A stretch of 64,000 nucleotides of DNA from an uncultured virus (IMG/VR IMGVR_UViG_3300000243_000001) (lineage: Duplodnaviria > Heunggongvirae > Uroviricota > Caudoviricetes): the IMG/VR virus record IMGVR_UViG_3300000243_000001; one strand, written 5' to 3'. Below the pieces are notes generated by a model that had not been told where the DNA came from, made no database searches, and worked only from the letters and a program-made list of their open reading frames with translations. A program made the translations under genes and the position numbers. This document shows, one piece after another, positions 44,932 through 56,278 of the stretch (positions are counted from its first letter, which is position 1; every line of letters begins with the position of its first letter).

Positions 44932-45957
44932 ATGGAATATGATAATAAACAACTAATTAGAGAATGTAAAGAATTTTGGCAAATAACTGATTTTGAAACT
45001 GAAATACTTAATTGGGAATGGAATGTTAGTGCACCAAGTAATTTACACTTTAATGTTGGGCATCCACAAGGTTCCCATAAAGGTGAATCATTAGGTGATA
45101 TGTTACCATACACATTATTACCAGAAGTAATTAAAACGAAGTATCCAACAGCAAGAGTATCTGTACCACCATGGTTCAAGCCAGTATTTAAACTGAATCC
45201 ATATGTTGATGATTATGACTGGATGCCGCAACGTTGGGGTAGTTTAGGTACATGGGGAACCTCTGTTCAAAGAACTGCAAATGTATGGGGAATCAAGACC
45301 TTTGATTTTACTCCCAAACTATATTGTGAAAAAAATAACAAGAATAAAAAATTATTATTATTTTGTGTTAATTCAAAAACCGGTGGACAGATTTCTAATA
45401 TCGAATTATTTGAGACGATAATTGAAGAACTGAAATCTGAATATTATTGTGTTCAACTAGGAATGAAATCTGATCCAATTGTTAGAACTGCGAATGAATA
45501 TGCATTTAATATTGGAAGTGAAAATATAGTATCATTTGTATCACAATTTGATACATATATCGGGTCACAAAATAGCATTTATCACTTATCAAAAGCTTTA
45601 AAGTTAAATGTAATCGGCATATTACCAATGAATGTATATCCAGAATTGGTAGTTTTACCATTATTAACACAGATTAATTGGTTAGAAGTAGAAATGTTGA
45701 CTGGTGAAGATCGACATCGACGAGATAAATGGATGGCATTTATATTGAATAAAGGAATACATCCAGATGAATCTCATCATATTGGTTGGTTATATCCAGA
45801 TTGTGTGCATATAACTGAACGTAAAGATGGTACTCTCAGATGTCCAACGTTATCTGTTAATAATATAAAGATGGCTCTAAATAACGAAATTTATCCTTTT
45901 AATGATGATACATTATGGAATATCGATAAATATCGATCATTATGGATGGAGGCTTAA
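44932..45957 (+). CDS. GT9-like (GT-B fold) glycosyltransferase
   Basis: SLGDML...IKTKYP, LNPYVD, and YIGSQNSIYHLSKAL (cf. GNDSGPMHLAAAL of heptosyltransferase-type enzymes). Confidence 0.7.
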   Translation: MEYDNKQLIRECKEFWQITDFETEILNWEWNVSAPSNLHFNVGHPQGSHKGESLGDMLPYTLLPEVIKTKYPTARVSVPPWFKPVFKLNPYVDDYDWMPQRWGSLGTWGTSVQRTANVWGIKTFDFTPKLYCEKNNKNKKLLLFCVNSKTGGQISNIELFETIIEELKSEYYCVQLGMKSDPIVRTANEYAFNIGSENIVSFVSQFDTYIGSQNSIYHLSKALKLNVIGILPMNVYPELVVLPLLTQINWLEVEMLTGEDRHRRDKWMAFILNKGIHPDESHHIGWLYPDCVHITERKDGTLRCPTLSVNNIKMALNNEIYPFNDDTLWNIDKYRSLWMEA

Positions 45958-47187
45958 ATGAAAATTTATGGGGATTTAGATCTTCGTACTGGTGATTTGT
46001 ATGAAGATGATGTAAAAACTTACGGTATAGTTACCGTAGCGAACGATGTTGATCGTGATGCACTGGCTGATGTTGAAGATGGTCAACTATCTGTCACATT
46101 ACATGATTACTCAATGAATATGTATGATACAACATCTCTACTCTGGAAGAAATTCAATATTGCAGATCCAGTTCAATCTGTTACTGAATATGATGACTCT
46201 ACAGCGAATATTACATTGAATACTGGACATGTTAATGTTCCATTAAATAATGTGATCTATTCCGATCGAGCATCTACAGATATGTTGATGGACTTTTATT
46301 TCAAAGGTGCATTTGATAACTGGGATGTTATATCCAGACTGACTGGTGCTGACGTAGATGGTCATTCATTAAGTTTAACCTGGAATGAATACTATGGATT
46401 ATGTATTCATGTTGCCGATCAAGACTTTCATGATACACGTATTTTTCCAACTGAGACCGATTGGCATCATTTCACATGTCGTCAAGATTATGTAAATGGT
46501 AATTTAGACTTTAGTTTAGATGGATTCCGAATCTATCAAACTCCAGTTGTGCCGTTACCGAGTCCAACTCAATTGCGTTTAGGACAAAGTGATGTCCAAG
46601 ATAGTTACGATACTACATCTCTTTGGATAAATGGTTATCAAGGTAAGATAGCACAATTCCGATTAGCTAATGAAATTAATCGTACATATGTTGACAATAG
46701 TTTCTCAATATATCCATATCGTGAGATTCCAGATGAACTCACGGAAATATTTATTCAACCACAAAAAGATGTAATCACTGACGATTCTCCGAATTTTGCT
46801 GTACCTGAAGTAGTCGCTCCGGCAGTATATGCAACTGGTGATTCGCCGTTCACTCAAGAAATTACATATGAAATCACAGATGAAGAACACCGTACATTCT
46901 TTCATAATGATGAAGCAGCTACAGATATCATATTCTTGCTACCAAATGTTGTAGATCAAAGAATATTCGCATTTGTACACTTTAATAATGGTAAGAATAT
47001 CAAGATTAGATCGAGATATACGGAATCCATTGTGGGTATTAATGGCGATGCATCTAATATTAATTGGAATTACATTAAAAATGATGAGACTACAGATAAC
47101 TCTGCACTCATTATTAAAGGGAACGATGCCGGTCAGTGGGAAATTACAACTGTTAAAGGTATTTGGAAAGAAGGTAATCAATATTAA
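45958..47187 (+). CDS. LamG/ConA-like domain fibre-associated protein
   Basis: MKIYG N-terminus; WHHFT, LRLG, YQGKIAQFR LamG pattern; C-terminal FLLP...W domain like the giant protein's tip. Confidence 0.65.
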   Translation: MKIYGDLDLRTGDLYEDDVKTYGIVTVANDVDRDALADVEDGQLSVTLHDYSMNMYDTTSLLWKKFNIADPVQSVTEYDDSTANITLNTGHVNVPLNNVIYSDRASTDMLMDFYFKGAFDNWDVISRLTGADVDGHSLSLTWNEYYGLCIHVADQDFHDTRIFPTETDWHHFTCRQDYVNGNLDFSLDGFRIYQTPVVPLPSPTQLRLGQSDVQDSYDTTSLWINGYQGKIAQFRLANEINRTYVDNSFSIYPYREIPDELTEIFIQPQKDVITDDSPNFAVPEVVAPAVYATGDSPFTQEITYEITDEEHRTFFHNDEAATDIIFLLPNVVDQRIFAFVHFNNGKNIKIRSRYTESIVGINGDASNINWNYIKNDETTDNSALIIKGNDAGQWEITTVKGIWKEGNQY

Positions 47188-47214
47188 TAATTAGTATGTT
47201 CATGGAGATAGTTT

Positions 47215-47736
47215 ATGGATACCTATGGAGATATAGAATTCCAATCTGGTCGTTTACTGCAGAATGGTAAAAACTTCGGTATTGAAGTCGTGGCAAATTC
47301 AACTGAACGTGATAATTTAATTGATGTCAAAGATGGCACAATTATTATGACTGCTGATGATCATGTTCTTAATATATATAATTCAACTGCCAATCGTTGG
47401 AATAAGATTAGAAACTTTACAGTATCTGAGGTTAATAGTCCAACCAGTGATCCTACACAGTTGTATACATCCGATAATCGTAGTATGTTAACGGATATCA
47501 ATAACTGCAATAACTTCAATCTTCCTCAAGCTGTTATTGGATTGGAGTTATCGTTTTATAAGACCCAAACCACAGCATATACCATTACAGCTAATGGTGC
47601 TGATAAGATTGATGGTTATTCTAAATTCAGAAATTCTTCTACCGAACTTTACGTTTCTTGTTTATTGAAATGCATATCTGCTAACAAATGGATAGTTGTT
47701 CAAGAACAAGGATCTGGTTGGGTTGCAACAAATTAA
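47215..47736 (+). CDS. short fibre-associated protein
   Basis: Paralogue of 45958 without the LamG domain (YGD....G ... VAN...RD.L.DV.DG); FNLPQA...KIDG...W tip domain. Confidence 0.65.
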   Translation: MDTYGDIEFQSGRLLQNGKNFGIEVVANSTERDNLIDVKDGTIIMTADDHVLNIYNSTANRWNKIRNFTVSEVNSPTSDPTQLYTSDNRSMLTDINNCNNFNLPQAVIGLELSFYKTQTTAYTITANGADKIDGYSKFRNSSTELYVSCLLKCISANKWIVVQEQGSGWVATN

Positions 47737-47746
47737 GGGTTAATTC

Positions 47747-50470
47747 ATGAAACGATATGGTAATCCAAAATTAAGGACGGGAGAGATTCAATCAAATGTC
47801 TTTGCTAGTCCCGAAGCTTTCAATAAATTGGTTGTTAATGATATTTCTGAAGTTGACCAAGGATCTCTTGATCAAGAAGTTATTATATTCAATAAGGCTG
47901 ACGATCAGGTATATGTATACCATCCTGAGTTCGATTCGTGGAAAGCTGTTGATGATAAACATCTTCACCCACATATGAAAACCAGTTCATTTCCTGATTT
48001 GGTTATTGATGAGGTGAATGATGTATATAACGCTATCCATTTTGATCGTATAGAATCAAACTACATTTCAGTTGAACCAGATCTGTTTGACTTCGGTCCA
48101 ATAGGTTCACCGATAGATTTTGTAATTGATTTTTGGATTACTTCATATTATAAGTCTGTGACTGAACCTGGATATGGTACTATTCTGTATAATGGGTTGA
48201 ATACCGGTCAAGTTGATCTTGAAAATAATAAGAATCTTCTTATTACAACTTCAGATATGCAACTACTTAAAAATCCTAATTATCAAGATGAACCAATACG
48301 TAATTTTGATACGTACAGTAATCGTGATAATTATATACACGTTATGAGACCCGAGTTGCATGCTCGTAGGCCTTTACCTATGATTCGGGATCTCATAACT
48401 CATGTTGCACTAATTCGATCTGGTGACACTACATATCTTGCTGTTAATGGTAAGATTGAAGACTCAGCACCATCTGTCGAATACTTTCATTACGATGATG
48501 TTTTATTTGGTGCTGGTTATGTTGAAGCATTTAATGGTCAATTGATTAACTTCAGAGTATCTAAGAATACAGATCGTGGATGGACTACAGATTTCACTCC
48601 ACCTAATTTGAATCCAGTTATTGATGTAAATACTGATTTCTTGTTGGGTAGTGATACTGTTACTGATACTACTGGTAAGTATACCGTTAATGTTAATGGT
48701 ACTGTACCAGAAGTTAGTCAAAATCGATTTTATCATCAGTTAACTGAAGAAGATGTTGGTAAAAGCATTACAACAAATCTAGTTCAAGATAAGTTAGTTT
48801 TACGTTTACCTGATATATCTAAATCGTATTCATTTGAGGTTCATGCTGCGATTCCAATTGAAATTCTATCTGTTGACGAGCATCATTCGATCATTGGTGA
48901 TAAATTTAATAAACAAATGTATCTTGATTTTAAGCCAAATCAAATACATTTCTTTACCGTTCAGCGGGCAATAGATGATGGGTATTCAACTATATTGCAT
49001 CATGACGATTATAGATTTCCGGAAGCTCATTTAATTTACAGGTTACTTGATTCACCTAATGTTGGTGGTTCATTTTCATTTCTGTGGATACCAATTGACG
49101 ATACTTCATATAATACATATAGTCGAATTGCAGCCGCTGAAATAACTGCTCCAACGATTGTAGAAAAGTCACTAGTTGATGGGTGTTCGCTTGCGATCGA
49201 TTGTGAAGTTAGTTCAACATTTACTTGCTGGCATACTACGATAGAAGGTTATGATCGAAATTTAGTTTTTGATTTCGTGATGCAACTTAAGTCTAATCCT
49301 CCAGATACTCGAGTTCTTGTTGGTCAAGCAAATGCGGCAACAACAGCATACGATCCATCTTTAGTTATTAATGCAAATAATGCTATATATTATCGTAATT
49401 ATTTTTTTCCATGGGATAGCACAGGTAATCCATTAGAATATCTGTTTACTATGGAGGTAGGTGTATCGTATCATATAATGATGGCGAGATCTAAAGTTAC
49501 AGATTCATTTCAAATTCTTTGGAAGAAGCTTGATGCTGATGAATATGAGATGCGATCATTTCGTTCTCCAAACAATAGCACTTATGATCGTGTATATCCA
49601 TATTTTTATACTGGACCATGGTATGTATCTCATATTCGTTATCAATATGATATGGGTACTGCAGAATTAACAGAACATGCCGATTATAACTTTAAGTTAT
49701 ATCGTCATTCGAAAAACTTGACTCATCAACATTATCTTAATCAACATGTTCGAACTTTAAATCACTCTCACATGAGATTTGACGATATTCGATTAATTGA
49801 TGATACTGCATTTTGGAGCGCGAGTTTTAATATCGATGATGAAGTGATTCATGTTTGTGAGTCTAAAGAACGAAAGGATTTCACAGATATGGCACCTTAT
49901 GTTATTGATGAACCTGGGCCAGCTATTGGGATCAATAAAGTTGTTGATTGTCGAAAGACTGGAACTCGCGACATTGCATCAGCAGGAACTAGCTTTAATT
50001 CAAGTAGTTGGAGTTTTGATTTTTTCATTAAGCCTAAACCTGGAGCCGCTGGGTATTTGTATAATAGTGCTTATACCCATGGAGCGATTTATTTGGATAG
50101 CCACCCATTAGATTCTACATTTCGACTATATGCTGGTGGTTGGAGGTATCCACCAAATAATGAACTCATTCACGATGAATGGTATCATATGATTATATAT
50201 CGTGCAAAAGGTGTTAACATTGGGGTTCATTGGAAACACATTGACGCAGATGATTATTTTAATCTTCACTATAATTATACTGGTACTGAATTTGATAGTG
50301 GAAGATTTTCGTATCATTCTGGATCGTGGTTGATGTCTAATCTTCGATGTTGGAGAAAGCCTGCTGCAGTTACCGATGTACACTTCGAACATCTTAAGTA
50401 TCCAAAAGCAGTTACTCAAAATCGTATGCTAAATCATACAATAGGTAAAGTAAATGAAACGATATGGTGA
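47747..50470 (+). CDS. LamG-domain fibre/receptor-binding protein, paralogue 1
   Basis: FDFGPIGSPIDFVIDFW, HVALIRSG, FNGQLINFRVSK; two divergent C-terminal beta domains. Confidence 0.7.
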   Translation: MKRYGNPKLRTGEIQSNVFASPEAFNKLVVNDISEVDQGSLDQEVIIFNKADDQVYVYHPEFDSWKAVDDKHLHPHMKTSSFPDLVIDEVNDVYNAIHFDRIESNYISVEPDLFDFGPIGSPIDFVIDFWITSYYKSVTEPGYGTILYNGLNTGQVDLENNKNLLITTSDMQLLKNPNYQDEPIRNFDTYSNRDNYIHVMRPELHARRPLPMIRDLITHVALIRSGDTTYLAVNGKIEDSAPSVEYFHYDDVLFGAGYVEAFNGQLINFRVSKNTDRGWTTDFTPPNLNPVIDVNTDFLLGSDTVTDTTGKYTVNVNGTVPEVSQNRFYHQLTEEDVGKSITTNLVQDKLVLRLPDISKSYSFEVHAAIPIEILSVDEHHSIIGDKFNKQMYLDFKPNQIHFFTVQRAIDDGYSTILHHDDYRFPEAHLIYRLLDSPNVGGSFSFLWIPIDDTSYNTYSRIAAAEITAPTIVEKSLVDGCSLAIDCEVSSTFTCWHTTIEGYDRNLVFDFVMQLKSNPPDTRVLVGQANAATTAYDPSLVINANNAIYYRNYFFPWDSTGNPLEYLFTMEVGVSYHIMMARSKVTDSFQILWKKLDADEYEMRSFRSPNNSTYDRVYPYFYTGPWYVSHIRYQYDMGTAELTEHADYNFKLYRHSKNLTHQHYLNQHVRTLNHSHMRFDDIRLIDDTAFWSASFNIDDEVIHVCESKERKDFTDMAPYVIDEPGPAIGINKVVDCRKTGTRDIASAGTSFNSSSWSFDFFIKPKPGAAGYLYNSAYTHGAIYLDSHPLDSTFRLYAGGWRYPPNNELIHDEWYHMIIYRAKGVNIGVHWKHIDADDYFNLHYNYTGTEFDSGRFSYHSGSWLMSNLRCWRKPAAVTDVHFEHLKYPKAVTQNRMLNHTIGKVNETIW

Positions 50471-52487
50471 TTCTAATGTAATTCAATCGGAAGTAAAATC
50501 CGATGGTTTTGCAAGTACACAAGAATTCAACAAATTAATCGTTAATGATCTTTCCGAGGTTGATCAGTCAACATTAGACCACGATGTTATTATATTTAAT
50601 AAAGCAGATGATCATGTTTATACATATGACACTGGTTCAGATTCGTGGATTTCACCGTGGAATGTCAGATATGATGGTCCATCTAGAGTTAATGATCATT
50701 CGGTTATATATGTAGATGATGTGAAGGAACAATATAATGAGTATCGCGTTTCTTCACAATCTAATATACTTGTTGATAAAGAGTTATTTAATTTCGGTCC
50801 AGCTGGTGCTCCAATTGATTTCGTTATAGATTTTTGGTTAGTTCATGATGAAATCTCTGTTGAGAATGGTACGTTGTTGTATAATGGATTGGGTAGTGGT
50901 CAAGTTGATCTTGAACGAAATATGAATCTGTTAATGACAACTCATGGTGCTGAACTTGTTAAAAGCCCAGAGTATCAGTTACCACCAACTGTTGTAGAAC
51001 ACCCTGAAGATGATGGGTTTCTCAATGTACTTCGTCCACGGTTAAAATCAAATTTTAAAGTAGACCAATACCACCTATGTCATGTCGCTTTGATTCGATC
51101 TGGTGACACTACATATCTAGCTATTGATGGTATTATTCATGATTCTGCACCGTCTGTAAGATATTTTTATTATGATGATGTTATGATTGGTTCTGAATAT
51201 CATGGTAATTTTGATGGTGGGATTGTTAATCTTAGAGTATCTAAGAATACAGATCGTGGGTGGACCACAGACTTTACTCCACCAAATTTTAACCCAGTAG
51301 TTGATGCTAATACCGATTTATTATTGACCGATGGTACATTAACTGATTCTACTGGTAATTATTCATTAACATCTAATGGTATTGTTGATTCTATACAACA
51401 ACGATTTCCAGTAATGTTGGATGATTCTCATAATAACTGTGTGATAAAAACCAATCTTACCCAAGACTTATTAGTGTTACAACCACCTCGTGATGTAGTA
51501 TTCAATTATTATTTTAGTCCAAGTATTAAGTTCAGAATTATTTGGCCAACCAATATACGATATGCGGCGGATGGTGTTAAAGAGAGCATTTATGTATCCG
51601 ATATTGTTAGTGACACCAATGTGTTTTGTAATGATCGTGAATTGATATATTTGGATCATTTTGGTGGAATGGCATTTGAGTATACTTGGATGAGAGGTAT
51701 CGTTGAACGTGGGTTACGAATTGCTCAAACTGATACGTTTGGTGATACTACTGTGCGTCAAGATAATATGGCAATGATAGTTCCAACAATATCTCGTCAT
51801 GACTTTACGGTGGTTGGTGATACTGACTTTGGTGATATATCCGATCATTATTATGAGGTATTAGACCATCCACAACGTGGTTTTCGAGCCGCTTTGGATA
51901 TGCGAGTCGGTGATCTAATATATGATGTTGGTGCAACTCGATTTGGAATTGATGGGTATCTGGACTACGGTTCATATCGCCCTGAGTGGATATCGTTACA
52001 ATTCGATATTAAATTGTTATCTACTATAGGATTAATCCATCAACTTGCACAATTCGAAGCACCTTCTATACCAAACATGAGTGTTAATATTCTTAATAAT
52101 GCTTTAGTTGCCCCTGGTACGTTTATATCTGAAAAGGTATTCGATGTTGATAAATGGTATCGAGTATTAGTTGGGCCGAGTTTATCGTATAGATCAACAT
52201 CATATATTGATTTTGGGTATTGGTTATATATCGTCGACTTGCATACTGGTGAGACATATAAATCTTATAACATTAATGTTGGGTATGTTGGTAGTCGCAG
52301 TTATAGTGCTCATTTTCAAAGATTCAATTCTGGTAATTACTTACTCGGTAACATTATTATTAGTAAAAGCGCAAATATATCTGGTGCAACCACTAGTAGT
52401 GGCACAACTGTTATCCGATATCCAGAAAGGCAGCTTAAAAATCAATTGTTCTATGATGATTTTCTTAGAACGGTTCTAAATACATAG
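50454..52487 (+). CDS. LamG-domain fibre/receptor-binding protein, paralogue 2
   Basis: Same N-terminal ~330 aa as 47747; divergent C-terminus. Confidence 0.7.
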   Translation: MKRYGDSNVIQSEVKSDGFASTQEFNKLIVNDLSEVDQSTLDHDVIIFNKADDHVYTYDTGSDSWISPWNVRYDGPSRVNDHSVIYVDDVKEQYNEYRVSSQSNILVDKELFNFGPAGAPIDFVIDFWLVHDEISVENGTLLYNGLGSGQVDLERNMNLLMTTHGAELVKSPEYQLPPTVVEHPEDDGFLNVLRPRLKSNFKVDQYHLCHVALIRSGDTTYLAIDGIIHDSAPSVRYFYYDDVMIGSEYHGNFDGGIVNLRVSKNTDRGWTTDFTPPNFNPVVDANTDLLLTDGTLTDSTGNYSLTSNGIVDSIQQRFPVMLDDSHNNCVIKTNLTQDLLVLQPPRDVVFNYYFSPSIKFRIIWPTNIRYAADGVKESIYVSDIVSDTNVFCNDRELIYLDHFGGMAFEYTWMRGIVERGLRIAQTDTFGDTTVRQDNMAMIVPTISRHDFTVVGDTDFGDISDHYYEVLDHPQRGFRAALDMRVGDLIYDVGATRFGIDGYLDYGSYRPEWISLQFDIKLLSTIGLIHQLAQFEAPSIPNMSVNILNNALVAPGTFISEKVFDVDKWYRVLVGPSLSYRSTSYIDFGYWLYIVDLHTGETYKSYNINVGYVGSRSYSAHFQRFNSGNYLLGNIIISKSANISGATTSSGTTVIRYPERQLKNQLFYDDFLRTVLNT

Positions 52488-52497
52488 GGTTAGTCTT

Positions 52498-54369
52498 ATG
52501 AAATTACTTGGAGACGAAATGTTAAACTCGGGTGAGGTTCTATCATCCGAGTTTTCCGATAATACTGTTAAGTTCAATCGATTAACAGTTAATTCAATGT
52601 CTGAAGTAGATCTCCAATCTGTTAATAAGAATGTAATTATAACACCTTTAGATAGTAAAGATGTTTATTTTAATGATAAAGTTTCAGATGTTTGGAATAA
52701 TTGGGAACAAGATGTTGGTGTTAAACAACGAATAAATATCAGTTCTCCGAATAACTTTAACTATATCCATTTTTTAAGTAGTATTGGAAGAAACTTCAGT
52801 ATTGATAATTCAGCTCTATCTGGATTACCTAGCGATGCATCGTTTGTTATTGATTGGTGGATGTTTCAATATGATGCAAATGTTGACGGTTGTTTAATGT
52901 ATAACGGATCGACATTGTCTCCAAACCCTGTAGAGAATAAAGAACTATGTATTTCTACATCTGGAGATATAGTAGATCCAACGACATTAGATGTGACCGC
53001 AAATCCAGGTAATGACGGATATCTAAACATATTATATCCGCCGTTAAAATCCTTAAATAAAATCAACGATGATTTCTGGCATCACTTCGCGCTAGTTGCA
53101 CAGGATGGACAAATTCAACTAATAGTAGACTCGAAAGTTAACGATCAAACACAATTTGATGGTATTAATTCTATAGAGGATCTTTTCTTTGGTTTTGGTT
53201 ATTCTTCTGGCATTGAAGCTTATGTTAGTTCTTTAAGGATTACGAAAAATAGTGATTTAAATTGGTTTGATGGTAATTTCGATTTACCAGTCAATGATTA
53301 TAATGTAGATGCTAATACCGAATTCTTAATGGATTCAACATCTCTCGTTGATACTACAGCCAATAATGCTGTAACTGTGTTTGGTGATGCGTTGAATATA
53401 TATCAAGAAGATCATTACATATATCTTCAAAAATCATATCGCCATGCTATTGTATCATTCAATTTTGATGCCGATGCGACAGTATATTTACCATATTCCA
53501 ATTCACCTATTGGACTTGAATTAATAAATAAATCTAATCATAAGGTTATACTTAAGTCTTTAGATTTCAAAGACAGTAATGAATTTCATTTTTATCCAGT
53601 TGCACATGGTGTAACCATGTTTAACATCAATGATAAATGGGTACCGCATGAAAGTCATTATGATGGAGTTATACCTAAAGAACAACACGATTATCCGATA
53701 ACACAGAGTGTAGTGATATCGTCGTATGATGGTGGTGCAACATTAAATCAGCACGGTCATGACATTCGTGTGATTGATCCAGCATCTCCCCCAGCATTGA
53801 TTTACGATAGAACATGTCCAGTAAGATTCAATAACAATGTTATTGACATGCGTGTTGGTAGCTGGCCGTTCGCTGCACCTTTAATCCTTCCTGATGCTTG
53901 GGTTAATACAGCTACGATTGATAGATCTCAATGTTCATTTTATATAAAGCTCCTTGCTGATTTGCCGAACGATTTTAAATTATTGACTGGTAATGGTGAT
54001 ATTTTTGGTTTTGATTACATGACTGCAACACGTGCATATCCTTGTACCTGGTTGAGGTATCGCGCTAGTGGTACATTGCAGCGCACTGGGTACCCATCAT
54101 TTGTGTGGAATCCCGATACTTGGTTTCATATTAAACTGGAATATCGTAGTGTCTGCTGGACTTGGGGTACTGGTACTACACCAATATGGAGATATGGTCG
54201 TATAACCGTTTCTAATTGGGATAAAACTCAGACACTTGTTAATTCCGAACTTAGAGACTCTCGAGTTCAATCGGATAGTAGTACATATTACTGGGGATGG
54301 TCAGCTATGCCTCACTCATTCACTCAAGGTAACTATTTGATTGCTGGACTTCAGCTTGATAATACATAG
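52498..54369 (+). CDS. LamG-domain fibre/receptor-binding protein, paralogue 3 (most diverged)
   Basis: FVIDWW, WHHFALV, SSLRITK, VDANTEFL. Confidence 0.7.
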   Translation: MKLLGDEMLNSGEVLSSEFSDNTVKFNRLTVNSMSEVDLQSVNKNVIITPLDSKDVYFNDKVSDVWNNWEQDVGVKQRINISSPNNFNYIHFLSSIGRNFSIDNSALSGLPSDASFVIDWWMFQYDANVDGCLMYNGSTLSPNPVENKELCISTSGDIVDPTTLDVTANPGNDGYLNILYPPLKSLNKINDDFWHHFALVAQDGQIQLIVDSKVNDQTQFDGINSIEDLFFGFGYSSGIEAYVSSLRITKNSDLNWFDGNFDLPVNDYNVDANTEFLMDSTSLVDTTANNAVTVFGDALNIYQEDHYIYLQKSYRHAIVSFNFDADATVYLPYSNSPIGLELINKSNHKVILKSLDFKDSNEFHFYPVAHGVTMFNINDKWVPHESHYDGVIPKEQHDYPITQSVVISSYDGGATLNQHGHDIRVIDPASPPALIYDRTCPVRFNNNVIDMRVGSWPFAAPLILPDAWVNTATIDRSQCSFYIKLLADLPNDFKLLTGNGDIFGFDYMTATRAYPCTWLRYRASGTLQRTGYPSFVWNPDTWFHIKLEYRSVCWTWGTGTTPIWRYGRITVSNWDKTQTLVNSELRDSRVQSDSSTYYWGWSAMPHSFTQGNYLIAGLQLDNT

Positions 54370-54380
54370 AGGTTTAACTT

Positions 54381-56270
54381 ATGGAAATGCATGGCAAATT
54401 AAACCTTGTAGATTCACAAGTTAAGTCTGATGAATTTGCAAGTACAAATCAGTTTAATAAGTTAGTCGTTAATAATCTTTCTGAGATTGATCAGGGAACA
54501 CTCGATCGAGATACGATCGTTATTAATAAGGATGATGATCGAATTTATACATTTAATCTTGGTGCAAATGCTTGGGTTTCAACTGAGTTTGAGATTAATT
54601 CTAAATTCGATTTGAAGTATATTGAAGCAATTGATATTACTGAAGTACAAGATGTGTATAATGAAATACATCTTGATAGATTAACAGATTTATCTGTTGA
54701 ACCAGATCTGTTTGACTTCGGTCCAATAGGTTCACCGATAGATTTTGTGATTGATTTTTGGTTAAAGCCAGCTGCTGCGTCTACCAATGGTACAATTTTA
54801 TATAATGGAATCAACACAGGACAGGTTGATCTTGAAATCAATAAGAATCTACTTCTTAGCACTAATGGTACAACATTAATTAAAGATCCTAATTATCAAA
54901 ACGATCCAACATATGATCTTGATCCCTTGATTAATTTTAAGGTAAATTCATTTAGGCCAATGCTATCGTCTAATATTGACGTTGTGTATTATCATATGGT
55001 TCATGTTGCTATGATTCGTTCTGGTGATACAACGTATCTAGCGATTAATGGTGAGATTGCGGATTCTGCACCATCTGTTGAATACTTTCATTATGATGAT
55101 GTTCTTATTGGTTCCGGTTATGTTAATGATGTTAATTACGGTATAGTTAATCTTAGGATATCTAAGAATACAGACCGTGGGTGGACCGAAGGTTTTATTC
55201 CACCCAATTTTAATCATATTGTTGATGATAATACTGATTTCTTAATGGATTCTACATCGAATGTTGTGGTTGATTTAACTAATAACTATGCAATTGTTGA
55301 ATCTGGTGAACCCACAGTTATTACACAAGATAGATTCTATTATGAAATACCACAAGAATACAATGGTAGTATAATTAGAACTAGTTTAGTTCAAGATAAA
55401 TTAGTTTTGAAATTACCAACTGAAAATCTTCCGTTTAATTGCCATTTCGATATTGATAATACACCGATTGAAGTAATTACATTGGAAGATCACAAACGGT
55501 ATGGTAGAGTTCAATCGACATTGTATCCAATAAATAGTAGTGGTATTTATAATTTTCTTCAAACATCGAAAAATATTATTGTTGATCCACATGTTGAAAC
55601 TATATTTCGTAGTCGTAGTTCAATCATATTGGATGGATTCCAAGATGCAATATATGCTGAAGATGGTATGATGATACATTCTATGCGTGATGAATCGGTA
55701 CAATTGGCAAACTATGCTGTTGTTAATCGAGTTAATCATGATGTAGATGGTGCGTTAGGTTCAATAAATCAAGATTTTTATTGTAACACTACAGCGTATT
55801 ATGGATATGGTGAATATGCTAATACTCAACGTGCTGGAAATAACTTATATATGTTTGATGCTGTTTATTATCTGAATGGAAATCACTGGACACCATTACA
55901 TAATATTTATGCATCTGGATATGGTTGGTTACTTCATGGATATTCGAGTAGTTATGGTATACGAATGTATTATTATAATTCAGTATATTATCAATTTAGA
56001 AATTATGATGGAAGTCATATTGGGGATTATCTACATGTAATTTTTTCGTTTTATCGTGGACAAATCCAGATTCATCATATTAATCTTAATAAAGAATCTA
56101 CATATACGATTTATACGGCTAATACATCTGCATCATATGATTTATATCGAAGATATCAAGAAGCGCATGGTGGTAATGCACAATTTTCATTTATTCGACA
56201 TCGTTTGATTGATGGTGACGTTAGTGCTGACCAAATCAGTAGTTATATTCAACAATCATATCTTAAATAG
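54381..56270 (+). CDS. LamG-domain fibre/receptor-binding protein, paralogue 4
   Basis: Conserved LamG block; Tyr-rich divergent C-terminus. Confidence 0.7.
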   Translation: MEMHGKLNLVDSQVKSDEFASTNQFNKLVVNNLSEIDQGTLDRDTIVINKDDDRIYTFNLGANAWVSTEFEINSKFDLKYIEAIDITEVQDVYNEIHLDRLTDLSVEPDLFDFGPIGSPIDFVIDFWLKPAAASTNGTILYNGINTGQVDLEINKNLLLSTNGTTLIKDPNYQNDPTYDLDPLINFKVNSFRPMLSSNIDVVYYHMVHVAMIRSGDTTYLAINGEIADSAPSVEYFHYDDVLIGSGYVNDVNYGIVNLRISKNTDRGWTEGFIPPNFNHIVDDNTDFLMDSTSNVVVDLTNNYAIVESGEPTVITQDRFYYEIPQEYNGSIIRTSLVQDKLVLKLPTENLPFNCHFDIDNTPIEVITLEDHKRYGRVQSTLYPINSSGIYNFLQTSKNIIVDPHVETIFRSRSSIILDGFQDAIYAEDGMMIHSMRDESVQLANYAVVNRVNHDVDGALGSINQDFYCNTTAYYGYGEYANTQRAGNNLYMFDAVYYLNGNHWTPLHNIYASGYGWLLHGYSSSYGIRMYYYNSVYYQFRNYDGSHIGDYLHVIFSFYRGQIQIHHINLNKESTYTIYTANTSASYDLYRRYQEAHGGNAQFSFIRHRLIDGDVSADQISSYIQQSYLK

Positions 56271-56278
56271 GAGGGTAT